DNA of 64,000 nucleotides, taken from the NCBI GenBank assembly GCA_904063045.1, contig CAJFCJ010000002.1, positions 2,413,891 to 2,477,890 of the forward strand, in the 5' to 3' direction. Below are positions 9,728 to 22,936 of this stretch, one piece after another; position 1 is the first letter of the stretch, and each line of letters opens with the position of its first letter. The position numbers and the translations under genes are program-made. Origin of the DNA: Dimorphilus gyrociliatus (Eukaryota > Animalia > Annelida). Under the pieces are notes generated by a model. It was not told where the DNA came from, ran no database searches, and saw only the letters and a list, made by a program, of their open reading frames with translations.

Positions 9728-12700
9728 CTAAACTTTTGTTTGCCCCTCATTTGCTGTAGGATTGTCTAATGATGTATCGTAAGAAGCATTGTTATAACCG
9801 TTTGTCGCTCCTCCATTACCTAAGTTGTTAAAACTTCTTGCTGATATTTGAGATTTTTGATCATCCATTGGTCCGTAATTCGTCTTTACCCTCTTATATT
9901 TTATAATAAAGACGATGGAAACGATAATAAGAATGAGTAAGAAACTAACGCAAACGCATATAATAATTATATTTGATTTACTAATGGAGCTCGAACTACT
10001 TTCAGGATCCGGCTCTTTTTCTGGTGTTTTTGATGACTTTTGAATATTTGGCTTTGTTGCTGGTCCACTTACTGACGAGTTTTCCTTTTTCGTTGAGGAC
10101 GAAGATAAGGGTGGGGCAGCAGTGCTTTTCAAAATCGAACTGTCACTTATTATAGGCCAATTTGAAGTTTCTGCTTCAGTTCTAGTTGTAGCAGCAGTAC
10201 GGGCCGAAGTTCTAGATGTAGACTTGCGATCTGTTATAGCCGAAGAAAGATCAGTCAAGGTCGAAAGTATCTTTGAGTTTTTGGTTGATTCAAAGGTTGA
10301 AAGTTCAGAGATGAAACTTTTGGATGTTTCATAGGTCGATGAAGTAGGGATAGGTCGTTTAGAAGTTGATTTGTAGTTCGTAGTTGATTTATAACTTTGA
10401 GTTGTTTGAGAGCTTGCAGTCGTTGATGGCATGCAAAATTCGTGTTTCTTCTTCTTGATATCGTCTCCAAAAGTACATTTGTCCACACTAAAACATACTA
10501 CAAACTCCCCAGTTAAAACGTCCGGTTTAGCGCACCTGGCCTTATCCATTACTAAACTTGAACTTCTAAGCCAACCTAAATTACAAGTACAAGCAAAGCT
10601 ATTACCAGATATCATTATGGATTTGAGATTAGGTAAATTTTGTTCTATATCTTTCGAAAGAGTTGATAATTGATTATTTTTCATATCTAACTTGTTTAAG
10701 GACTGCCCCAATTCCAATATACTTTGAGGGTTTACTTGAGAAATTTTGTTATCATTTATCAACAAAGTCTTAATGGTGGGCGTAATTCCCTTGTTTGCTG
10801 ACCATTCAATAGAAGATATATTGTTATATCCTAAATTTACATCAGTAAATTTATCCGAAAGGTTAACAATGACAGACGGAATAGCTTTCAATTGGTTCCT
10901 GCTAAGATCCAACGATTTTATACTTTTTACCCTAGTGAAAAATTTAGAATCGATATTTTCGTCCGTTAATTGATTTGAGTTCAAATTTAGACTATTTATT
11001 CTACCGCTGAATATCGAATCCATTGAAAGTCTACTAATTTTATTATTGGAAAAATCGCATATAGTGTCGGACACTTTTTCCTTTGGGGTTTGAATGTTGA
11101 TTTTTCCAAGACTTGTTAATTGATTATTCGACATATCAATTACATTAACAAACTCAAGATTGTTGAATGGTACCTCTGTAAGTCGATTGTTTGAAAGATC
11201 AATGTTCCGTAAAGACGGCATATTATAGCGTAATTTGAGAGTTGAAAATCCATTATTTTCCAAATTCAGATACGACAATGAAATAAGAGACTCGAACGCT
11301 GATTCTTGAATGTCTTGTATATTACAAGACGACATGTCAAAGGAATTTAGAAAATTCAAACCATTTAATGAATTGTTTCCAATACTCTTAATTGGATTTC
11401 CCGAAAAGTCCAATTTGTTTAGTAGGCTGACATTTTCAAATGTATTGTCAGGTATTTTGGTGATTTTATTGTTATTTAATTTCAATTCTTTCAATTCCCT
11501 GGTTTCTTTTAATATACCCAAAATATTTTCATCAATAAGATTATAGGATAAATCTAATTGTTCTAGATTCTGTGGCTTAGGAAGAAAGTTTGGGGACAAA
11601 TTCTTCAATTGATTATTTGCTAAGAAAATAATACGTATAGAGGTGCAATTTTCAAAGAGATTATTGACGTTCTTATCATTTAACTGGTTGTTTGTTGCGT
11701 CAAACTCTTGAAGGCTACTAGGAAGTGACGTCAGGCTTGTAAGACTGTTGTTTCTTATTGATAAGCTAGTTATTTGTGTGTTAACGATGGCTTCGCCTAG
11801 GCCATTTGATATTTCATTGTCATCCAATTTTAAAATTTGTAGACTTTTTAGTTCGGTAAATGTTTTCGCATGTATAGATTTTATTTTATTTCCCGAGAGA
11901 TCTATATTATATACTCGTCCAAGGTTTATAAAGGTCTTATCGTCCAAGTCCCCTAGTGATAAATTGGCCATTTTTAATACTTCCAAACTCTCTAAGAATT
12001 TCATCTCTGGCATATTCTTTTTCTTGAAGAGGGTATTGGATATATCTAGATCGTATATTGTTTTTAGTCCGCTTAAGGATCCTTTCTGGAATTTTAAAGG
12101 ATTATTTTGCAGTTTTAAACTTTGTAGATTCTCCAGCTTATTAAATATATTCGAAGGTAAAAGAAATAGTTTATTATCATTAAGAGAAAGTTCACGAAGA
12201 TCTTTTATACCGCTAAATGTATCCTGGTCAATCTTTTCCAAAAGATTATGATCCAAATAAAGATTTTCCAAATTGATAAGATTAAGGTCACTTGTAAACT
12301 TTGGTATTTCTTTCAATTGATTATTTTTTAAGTTGATGTTGGATAATTCTCTCGCATTCTCAAAAGATTTATCATTGATCTTATTAATTTTATTATTAGA
12401 GAGATCTAAGTTCAATATCTTAGAGTTATACATCAACTTATTCGGTATCTCCTCTATCTGATTATCTTGTAAATAAAGATATTTCAAACCGTTTAATGTT
12501 GTGAAAACATTGGGAAAAGTTGTAAATTGATTTCCATTAAGATAAAGAGTCTCTATCACATTCGTTTCTCTGAAGGCTTTCTCGTGTAGCTTCTTCAATT
12601 TATTATTACTTAAATCAACGTGAACATCACTCTTTAGATTATCCATAAATCCCTCTTCTAATCCCTCAAGCAAATTATTTCCCAAGAAGATTGAATATGC

Positions 12701-15700
12701 CTTTTTTAAATCTTTAAATATTCCAGAAGGTATTCTCTTCAATTGATTATTATTAAGCTTTATCGAGTCTAAGTTGTTAAAACCATCGAATATTCCAGAT
12801 TCCAGTACACTTAGTACATTATGTCCAAGATTTATCTTGGTTAAAGAATCTTTCAAAGGTGATAATAGCTCTTTTGTTACTTTGCTTATTTTATTACTTT
12901 CCAAGTTGAGAACGCTTAACATTCCTAATCCATCGAAAGATTTTGGTGATAATTTATATATTTTATTCCCGTTTAAATATAGAACATGTAGTTTTTGCAA
13001 TCTTTTAAAATCATTATCTTCAATTGTAGCTATTTGATTAGCTTCCAAGTCTAATTTGTATAATTCTTGTAAATCGTCAAATTGGCCAGGATTAAACTTT
13101 TTAATCTCGTTATTTGATAAGGTTAACTCTGTCAGAGACGTTAATTTAGAGAAAACTTCGGAGTTTATATCATTAATGCGATTTTTAGACAAGTGTAATT
13201 TTTTCAAATCACTTAAATTACTAAATACTTTATCTTGAAGTTTTGTTATTCTATTTTGCGACAAGTAAAGTTCATTTAGAGAAACCAAATTTGAAAATAA
13301 ATCATCTGCTAGATTATCCAACTGATTATCAGAAATATCTAATTCTTGAAGTTTCTTCATTGAATTGAAGATTTTAGGTGATAGACTTCTAATTTGATTA
13401 TTTTCAAGCTTCAAAGTATTAATTCTTTCGCTATGTTGAAAGATATTTTCATTTAATTCTTGAAGCTCATTAATATCCAAATATAGATAGTGAAGGCTTG
13501 GTAAATTCATAAAAAGCCTTTCAGGTATGACTTTTAATCTATTATTGGACAATACAAGAGTATGAAGATTACTTAAACCATTAAAAGCATTAGGATGAAT
13601 TGTTCTTATATGATTTTCAGCTAAATTTAAATTTGCCAAATTCTCACCAATACCAATAAAAGCATCCTCCTCAATTACTTCTATTTCCAATTTATTTAAA
13701 TCTAGAGCGTATCCACGAATATTTTTAAATGCTTCCCTTTGTATAGTCGAGATGGCGCTATTTTCAAAATCTACGGCATTGTAGACGGTCACGGAAAATT
13801 TAAAGGCAGGTATCTATTTTTTTTTTAAAAAAAAAAGTTTTACTAAATAAAAAATAAATTTCCTTAATTAAATCTAATCCTAGAAATATTTTTGTAAAAT
13901 TTTCCTCTTATTTCTATTCACTTTTTTTTCTCTCTTTTAATAATATTATTGAATTGCTTTGATTTCGTCACGAAATTTTATTGAAGCTTCTAAGCTTCGC
14001 TCTATTTACTAAGAATTTATCATTTACAAATATTTCATTCAAATTAGCTTTTTACCTTAACCAGTCATAAAAAATATTTACTTTTTATAGGCTTAGAAAA
14101 ACATTACGTAATTAAATTATAAATATAACTTATTTGTAGGATTAATTCAATTTTGAAGAAGCCTCACCTCATTAATTCTTCCTAAATTTTTACACTTGAT
14201 TATATGACCGGTAAAGGACATCTCACAGACGCAATTTTCGTGTATAACTGGACATCCTTCAGGAGGTTTGGGTGTTGACGGTGCAATTGTAGAACTACTT
14301 GCCATTGGGGTAGTACTGGGTATTTTCGTAGCAGTTGTTGGAGGTGGAATATGACAAATAGATATATTATATTGGGTAATAAGTGAATCTCTATATCGAC
14401 ATCTCGGTTTATCTAGATTAAGAGATCTAATCCACGTTAATTCACAGTCGCAAATCCAGGGATTTCCCTCCAACAAAACTCTTTCAAACTTTACAAAATT
14501 CTCGAAAATGTCTGACTGTAAAGTTGTCAAAAGATTATCCCTCAAGTCGAGTGTTTTTAATGAATTCCTGACGGCAACAATATGGGAATTTTCAACTTTT
14601 GTCAACAAATTTCCCCTCAATTCCAAATTCTCCAATGTTGAATATATGTTCATTTTAGTCCAATCTTCTAGCGTAGATAATGAACATTGATTTATTCTAA
14701 GACTTTTCATGCGCGTAATCAATTGTTTAACGTTATCTGGCATCTTCCCAACAGGATTATTACTTATATCTAATTCATCAACAAGTCTAACTCCATGGAA
14801 GAAATTATCAGGTAATTTTGAAATATTATTCTTGGAAAGCTTTATATTTTCAACTCTACCAGAAATAAACAAATTATCGATGTTTGTCAATCGATTATTC
14901 TCAAAGGAAATTAATCTAGTTTTACTATCAACTTCCGACGAGGATTCAATAAATAATTCTGGCAAACTTTCCATTAAGTTATTTGATAAATCGAATTCCA
15001 ACACGTTTGTGAAACTTTTAGCTCCATTAGGGAAAGATTTCAATTTGTTCGAATTTAATAGCAAAGTATTAATATTAATGGGAGAAGAAGGTAAAGTTAA
15101 TTCCTCAATCTGATTATCTTGCAGATTGAAATATCTGAAATGATAAATGATTATCAATGATATGCTCTAATAAGATTGCGATTTGTTTAATATATATTTT
15201 CTTAAAATTACCTTAATCTATTGAGTCCTTTCACAGTTCCTGTATTTACAATACTAATCTGATTGTTGGCTATTGACAAAGTCTCGATCGATTGTCCATT
15301 CTTTCCAAACAGTTTTGGCAGTTCTTTAAGTGAAGTTTTATCCAAATTCAAATTCCTTAATACAGTCAGATCTTCGAAGAGGTTATCCTCCAACACTGAC
15401 AATTCATTTTCACTAAGATTTAGCTCGGAGAGACTCGTTAATTGCTTTACATTAACTATGCCACCCTGTGATAATTTGTTATTAGAGACGCTTAAGGTAT
15501 CTAACGTATTTGGTAATCCTATCAAAGATTCTATCTTATTAGAGTCTATCCAAAGTTTCTTTAACTTTAAATTATTCAAAGATTGGAGACTGTCCTTTAT
15601 AGCATTTCTCGAAAGATCTAATTCATTTAGAGAATTAAGTTTCGATAGAAACTTAGGTAATATAGTTAATAGATTTCCATCTAAATTAAGAGTTTCTAAT

Positions 15701-17898
15701 AAACTCTTGTCTCCGATACCTTCAAAAGAATCATCCTCTAATTGATTGTCGCCGAGATCGATATGTTTTAGCTTTGTTAAAGGATTTAAAGTTCCAAGTC
15801 TCAATTGGCTAATTCGATTATTTCTTGAAATAAGGTTCGTAACATTGGTAAAATAATTAAAAACTTTTGTTGATAGCGTTCCCAAATTATTATCGCTTAT
15901 ATCTAATATCAATAGTTCATTGCCTGTTGTAATTCTCTCTATTTCGAATAACGTCAACTTATTTCCCTTTACATGTAATTCTTCAAGTTTGCATCCTGTA
16001 AATGCTCTTGGATGAATGCCAATTATTTTATTGTTATCCAACGACAACTTGTAAATATTGTTCGCGCCAAGAAACAGATTCTCCGGTAAGCTTTGTATTA
16101 AATTATTATTCAGATTAATATCAAAGACCGTTTTAAGACCAAGAAATGAATTTCTATTGACATATTCTATCTGATTGGAGGATAGATCAATAGCTCGTAG
16201 ATAATCTACTTCAGAAAGGAACATTCTGTCTGGTAGATTTCGTATTTTGTTACCCTGTAGTTGTAGTCTCTCTAAATTTTGAAGATTTCTAAAGCTTATC
16301 TCTGTCAGATCAGTAATTTTGTTAAAACTCAGATCAATAAAGCGAATCCTTGTATTACTAAAGGCCAAGGCTTGTACCTCCATAATTTCGTTGTGATTCA
16401 GTTTAATTTCATGCAAAGAATTCGGTAATGATGACGTAGGAATTTCAGTGAGTAGGTTGTTTGACAAGAAGAGTTGGAGCATGTTTTTACAATTTACGAA
16501 TGAATTCTCGTGTAAACTTTGAATTTTATTGTTACTTAGGTCAACGAAATCCAAACTTGTCAATTCAGAAAAGCTATTAGCATCAATTTTCTTGATTAGA
16601 TTGCCATTTAGATGAATAGAGCGTAAAGCTGGTAAATTCTTAAATATTCCATTAGGTATGGCCGTTAATCTATTGTTGTCCATCTTAATTGTTGCTATCG
16701 ATTTAGTCGCCGTAAATATTCCATTAAGAATAAGTTCAATGTTGTTTCTTGATAATGATATTGAATTTATCTTACTCATTTTATCAAAAAGACCAACGGG
16801 AAGTTGTTCAATATCGTTGTCGTCCAAATTCAAATCATAGAGATTATCTAATCCTTGAAATGTGGCTACTGAGAGGGAAGAAATCTCATTAGCATATATA
16901 TGTAAATTAAGAAGAGATTTTTGATTTAGAAATAATCGATCGGGTAAATCATCTATTTGATTATGCTCCAGATTAAGTGTGTTCAATTTCTCAAGCGAAT
17001 TGAAAATGTTCAAAGGTAAAGTTTTCAGCCGATTATAAGACAAATTCAAAGTTTTTAAATTTGAACATTTCTTGAACAGATTTCCGTCTATTGTCTGTAG
17101 TCCGTTCTTTTTTAAGTCGAGAGTTTGTAGATATTCTAGTTTGTCAAAAATATCTGAATCAAGGCTTCTCAAACGATTATTCGCTAGATGTAACGTTTGT
17201 AGTCCAGTAGTAGTATCAAATATTTCTTTATCTAAATCTTCGATGTTATTCGATTCCATATTTAATTCATCTAAGTGGGGTAATTTGGAAAATGTTTTTT
17301 TACTTATCATCTCCAATTTATTGTCAGCTATATTGAGCTCAGTCAATTTCGGTAGAATATCAAAAGCTTTTTCATCAATGTTATCAATTTCATTCAAATC
17401 TAGATGTAGATATTGTAAGTTATCCAAGCCGATAAATGTCTTATTACCAATCGTTTTTAATTTATTGTTACGTATAGATAAATGAGTAGCGCTTCGTAGA
17501 TCTTTGAACAAATAATCCGGAATGCTAGTTAAGAGATTCTCTCCCAAGGAAATAGTATCTACAGTAGTGCCGATAAAAGCGTCCTTATGTATTTCTTGTA
17601 TTCCCAAACTGCTTAATTGTAAATCATTAACTTTTAATCCAGTAAAGGCGTTCGCTTGAAGCTTCCTTATAATTGTATTTCCACTGAACGACAATTCTGA
17701 GTAAAGAGTGTTGGATGGTCGCACGAATGGAAATTCCTCTAAAGTTCCTAAATCTTCACAAACTATTTTACGCGTATTGATAAACTGCGTCTTACACTTG
17801 CACTTCTCCAAAAGAATAGGACAATCTTGAGAATTTACCTTTAAGATTATATACAAAAATATACACACAAAATTTAATACATTCTTCATCCTCTCCAT
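9728..17898 (-). CDS. Giant single-pass leucine-rich-repeat receptor (chaoptin-like repeats), two tandem LRRNT-LRR-LRRCT modules, Ser/Thr stalk, TM, short tail; 2,579 aa
   Basis: Exons 17898-15212, 15134-14168, 13813-9728 (7,740 nt). Junctions: phase 2 (LNRLR|YFNL) and phase 0 (GRINE|IPAFK), both GT-AG. Signal peptide (M)KNVLNFVCIFLYIILKVNS; LxxLxLxxNxL repeats throughout; LRRCT motifs GNPWICDC and GNSFACTC; TM at about 9970-9902. The start could be 17889. Confidence 0.93.
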
Positions 17899-20799
17899 TT
17901 TTCTCTCTGACTAAAATGCTCTGGCCTGCTAAAAGGCCGACATGTATTGAAATTGCCGACGCACTATTCGAATGATTCACGTAAATCGGATCTTAAACAG
18001 GAGTCACTTCGAGAATTTCTTTATATCTATTCTCTGTTTATTATAAGCTTGTTCCGTGAAAGTAATGACTTTAATATCCTAATAGACAAGGTATAGGAAT
18101 TGATGTGCACTGAATGGCAGCGTTCTTTCGATTAACTATACAGGTGTTACGGTTAGTAGCGAACTTAATGGCTGCCTAGCAATTTTCTACATAATTTCAT
18201 CAATATTCTATCCAATTAAAATAAATTTCCATGCTATACGAATTTGCATTAAGACAGTGTAAATATTAGAATGTTATATTATGGATTTTATTCACTCTAT
18301 TCGTCCTGCAAATAAAACTTATTATTTACCCACTAGATACGCCCCTGAAAGGGGAATTTACGATGAATCACACTCCCTTTCCTGTTCTGTCATGCAACTA
18401 TAGACTACAGTTGTTTAAATTTAGAGCAAACAAAACAGAACGATTTTATTGAAATTCTATCCTGTTTGCAAAAAATTTGGGTCTAGGTTAGGTGAGGAAA
18501 AGGTAAGAAAAGAGAGAGTGTATGTGTGAGGGGGTGAGGGTTAAGAGGGGAATTTTCTCTTTCTTGTGTAATATTCAAAATAGATCAAGTATTATGAGAT
18601 TTTTACGCTCTAGTACATCTAAATCATTAGCTATTTTGAAAAGGACCCAAATTCTAAGCAAAACTGTCTATTTCTCCATTTAAAAAAGGAACATAGATAA
18701 GATAAAAATCTCCTTAGGAATTACTAAGCAAAAAATTAATACCCAACGATCTTTTAAAAATGGAGGAAAAAAATGCTTAACTGGCATCCAATTAAATCCT
18801 TATCAAGAAATATTTTCACTATTCTATCATCACTGTAACCTTTCGGTCCTTATCAATATTTTTTTTATTCCACATTTCCTTTCATGCCACTGTTTACGAA
18901 ATAGTACTTTATTAATAAAAAAAACCATAACAATAGGGTATAATTTTCCAAATGCCATGCATTCCCTTTCCGTTGGTGATATTTATAAAAAAGATCGATC
19001 CAAACAAACCGTTTGATCTTTTTTTTTTCGCACCGGAACAGGTGACTAGGCACCTTTGTGGAAAGTTTACTGAGGTGTCGCTTATTCATGTCTACACATT
19101 TTAACAAGATCCAATTACTTAAATATTCAAATAAATTTAACCAATTTATGCTCAAGATCCGTAATAATCGGTAAAAATTATTGATATCTATAAGAGGATT
19201 GAAGAATGGGAAGCTGTTTATGCTCTTTGTTAATAGTCCTTCCATTTTCCTCCTCTCTTTTATAAGAGGAGATAGACATGGAGAGTTTGAATATATTTTA
19301 AGAGGAAACTAGATTTTATCCAACTAGGAAGTATTTGTAAAGGTGAAGAATTAGCTGTAATTTTTTCTTCAATGATGAGTATTATTAAACTCTTTCTTTA
19401 TGCTCTTATATTCATTCTATAGTTTCTCTCCTATATAGCTGTATTTACGTAAGGAAAGAAACTAGCATGACAGAAGATAAAACTATAATTTTGAACAAAA
19501 CTTAGTATTCAAAACAGCGAATACAGTGCATATAGAAAAAAAGAAATAATGAAATTCTAGACGTCTCCCTCACATATTTAAAAAATGTTTATAGAGCTAT
19601 TTCTCTTATTAAAACGAAGAATCGACATCGAGGCATTTACTATCATTTAATACTTGACATTAATTATATACGAAAGAAAGAGGGATACGCGTGCTTGAAC
19701 ATCATGACTAAAAAAAAATCGAGATAATTAGCGTCGGAGACTGGAAGTTCCTTTAGGAGGTCATTGAATAATTGAATCCCCCATCGCGGTTTTCTAGCAA
19801 ATTACTCTACGACTGAAGGGTGGGCGTCTACAAGGACAAAGTTCTGCATTAGTTGAATTCAATTGGCACTTTTAGGTTACGTAGGAAATATTTTAACTGC
19901 GCTAACGAATGAGTGAAAAAAATTTTCTAAAAAACTTAAAAAGATCATTTAAAAAAAACGGTAACACTAAGAGGTATACTTCAAGAGAACTTGCTCGAGC
20001 ATTAAACATAGAGGGGGACCTTTTTGTTGTTTTATAAAAAAAAAGAAAAGTGATGATAATGTCCTATTCAATCTTCAACCAAATAGATTTTATCCTATTG
20101 AAATATCATAAAAATCTCTCCCTTACCCTCTTCCTACCCCCTACCGTTTTATTTAAAGGGAAGGAATTACCATTATGCTTCTCTTTTAATTTATTAACAG
20201 CCCAAAAAGAAAGTTTAACAAATCTGACAAATATTTTCAAGCAAATAATAAAGTATGAAAGGATTTTTTCGCTTGTCTTCTTCCAGAAAAGAGATTAAAT
20301 GAGTACTTTCTTTTTATACTTTGTTTCAAATTTTATCCTCTTTTTATTTTAATTATTCCTTTTTATTGTTGTTTTCTTTTTTTTTGACAATAAAGCACTT
20401 TTGCATTTCTTTCAATTTAAAAAAAATGCATATTCCTGATAAGTTTTAATAGTTTTTTTGTTTTTTTTTTATTTATGTCGAGTTTACATGCAGAGGAAAA
20501 AGAACAAGGTAAAAAAAATAAACAGCAAAACCGGGCTATACTATATACTTTCTATTTGTATAGCCAATTGTACAGCTTATTCTAGTGAATAAGAGTAAAA
20601 AAAATGCATCTCAAAAATTATTACTCTGATCTAAATCCAATGTTGAGTAGCGCCATCTGGTAAGAAAGCATCTCCATAGTCCCATTGCATGCTTAACGAA
20701 CTTTGAACAACGGATGAGGCTGACTGTAAAATGAAAATTGGCAATTAAACATATTAATTAAATACTATTCTTTATTAAAAGTAAATCTAGCGGAAGATC

Positions 20800-22171
20800 T
20801 TAGTATCTTACCGAAGGACCAATACCCGGGCCTCCAGGCGAGTTAACCTGACGGGGAACTACGTTCGCTGTTCGCATCGGGGTTCCCAACATGTTGACCG
20901 GGGCCGAAGAAATTCCACTATTAGCGGGAATAGGATAATTTGGAACATAGCTTTGAGGAGTTTGCTCAAGTATATTAGATGTAACAGATTGTTCAAAAGA
21001 CGGTAGAGGAGTTTCACCGAGTATGTCGGGTAGGGCAGGTGTTTCGTCCTGCTATTATTAAATACAATGTTAAAAACGTAGACAGATTTAAATTTGAGAT
21101 ACATACAAATGATGAAAGATATCGTATCGTACAATCCATTACTTCACTAGAAGGACTCTTTTCAACTGCTTCTCTATCAATCATCTCCGTGTAATTAACT
21201 GAAGCTAACAGATTCTTTGTATAATTAACCAATGACTCTTCGTAGGGTGGAGGACCCTCATTATTTCTTCTCCGGAAACAATATTGCATAAAAGGAATAG
21301 AGTTAACCGGTAAGGATCTTCTTTTAAAGTCATAACTAGGCAATAACCAATCACAACCATCCGACGTCGAATATCTTGTCATCCTTGGTTCTGAGGCGCA
21401 AACTTCATTCAAAAAACCGGGAGATGCATGATTCGAGTGCGGAGGAGCGATTTGCGGAGTTGACGATAAATTTGGAAATGGTAGAGGGGTTTGATGTTCC
21501 TTAGGTACTCTTTGAACATTTCGAGGCGGCGAGCCTCTAAGACTTTCCGATTCATAATAAGTTGGCGGTGTTGCTTCTCTATCCATTTCTTCTTCAGTTG
21601 GTGGACTAAGCCAAGCTAGTCTATAAGGAGCACAATCTGCTTGAACATTCCAATTTCTATACGACGTAGCTTCTTCTGGTTCAATGTAGGATACAGTCGG
21701 ATTCGGTATGACATCATTACCCTTTGAAAAACAATTGTTGTTCACGAAAGAATCTATCATAAGGCGTTATAGGCCTTAGTGAGATAGAGATTTGATGTAA
21801 GCTTAATTTATTTTTGTCTATAAAACTACTCTTTGTTGTAAAAAATATGTAAAAAAAATGGCGATATATACATTAATGACAAGTCAGGTCAATTAACATG
21901 CCGATAATACAAAAATATCTATAGTGGTAAATATAGGCCAAGAAAAGTCTGTACATACCTCGAAGGCTTCTATACCGCTTTCTGGTGCGATGTTTTCAAA
22001 ACGTTTAGGTGCACTCCATGATATTCTTCTTGTATTAAAAGCATCCGAATAATCAAGCATTTGTTGCCTATTTTTTCTGGACCGAATTATATAACAGGAC
22101 AGTGCCGCGCAGAGAACTGTTAGAATGAGGATAACGACGACCAATGGCAGAACAAGTTGTAAATATTCCAT
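20800..22171 (-). CDS. Single-pass membrane protein with cytoplasmic PPxY/LPxY motifs (putative Nedd4-family adaptor), ~346 aa
   Basis: Exons 22171-21959, 21721-21143, 21048-20800, all phase 0 and in frame. N-terminal TM (LVLPLVVVILILTVLCAALSCYII) is followed by RSRK. Motifs: PPTY 21557-21568, LPSY 21332-21343, PPPY 21242-21253. The exon 2 acceptor and the start codon are uncertain. Confidence 0.7.
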
Positions 22172-22936
22172 CCTCTTCCAGATTAGATGTTCGGTCGGTG
22201 AGTTGAGGAAATGGCAAAGGCTTGATAAAATGTTCTCTCCGGAAATATTTGTACTAACTAGTAGCTGGCCGCCGTCGATTTCGAAGGTTCCTTTCAACGG
22301 CATTCGAAAAACATAAGGAAAAGAAGAAAAGAAAAAAATATTGGGTCTACATACGAACTAGCCGACAGTAGAAGTTAAAGTGACGTCCAACGGCGTTGTT
22401 TTCAGCTCGCAAACGCGGACCGAAAGCGTTTCGACAGTTTACCGTTGAGTAGCCGTTAAAATCTGAATACCGTGGCCGAGGACTGTCTTACAATACTCAA
22501 TCATTTAGTCTCTACTCTTTACGTTCTATGCAATAAAAAAAATTAAAAGTCGTTGCTAATTCGTCAGTTAAGTATAAAAAGCTAAGTAGACGAATCGTTC
22601 TCGGACACATCAACACTGCTTGAAACCTTAATTAGGGGGATAAAAACTCTTGTCAAACACCCTCTTACTCTTTTTAGCATGATAAAAAGTAGCATAAAAA
22701 TATCTGATTTCTGAACAAGAGAACCCTCTTTTTATGTTCAAGAGTTTGCTTGAAAAGTCCAGGCATGAGCTCTATCTTGAGTGAATGTTAGTAAAAAAAA
22801 TGATGTTTTCGAGACACAAAATACACTGTATTGAGATGAAAAATAAAAATAATAATTGAATTCAATAAACGAGAAAAGCTTCTATCTTCTTTTTATAGAA
22901 GATAGATCATTTTTAATAGTCTTTGCTTATTTAGAT

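Noticed and set aside
10122-17485. Many plus-strand ORFs across the LRR gene
   Set aside because: Antisense artefacts of the periodic Leu/Asn codon pattern.
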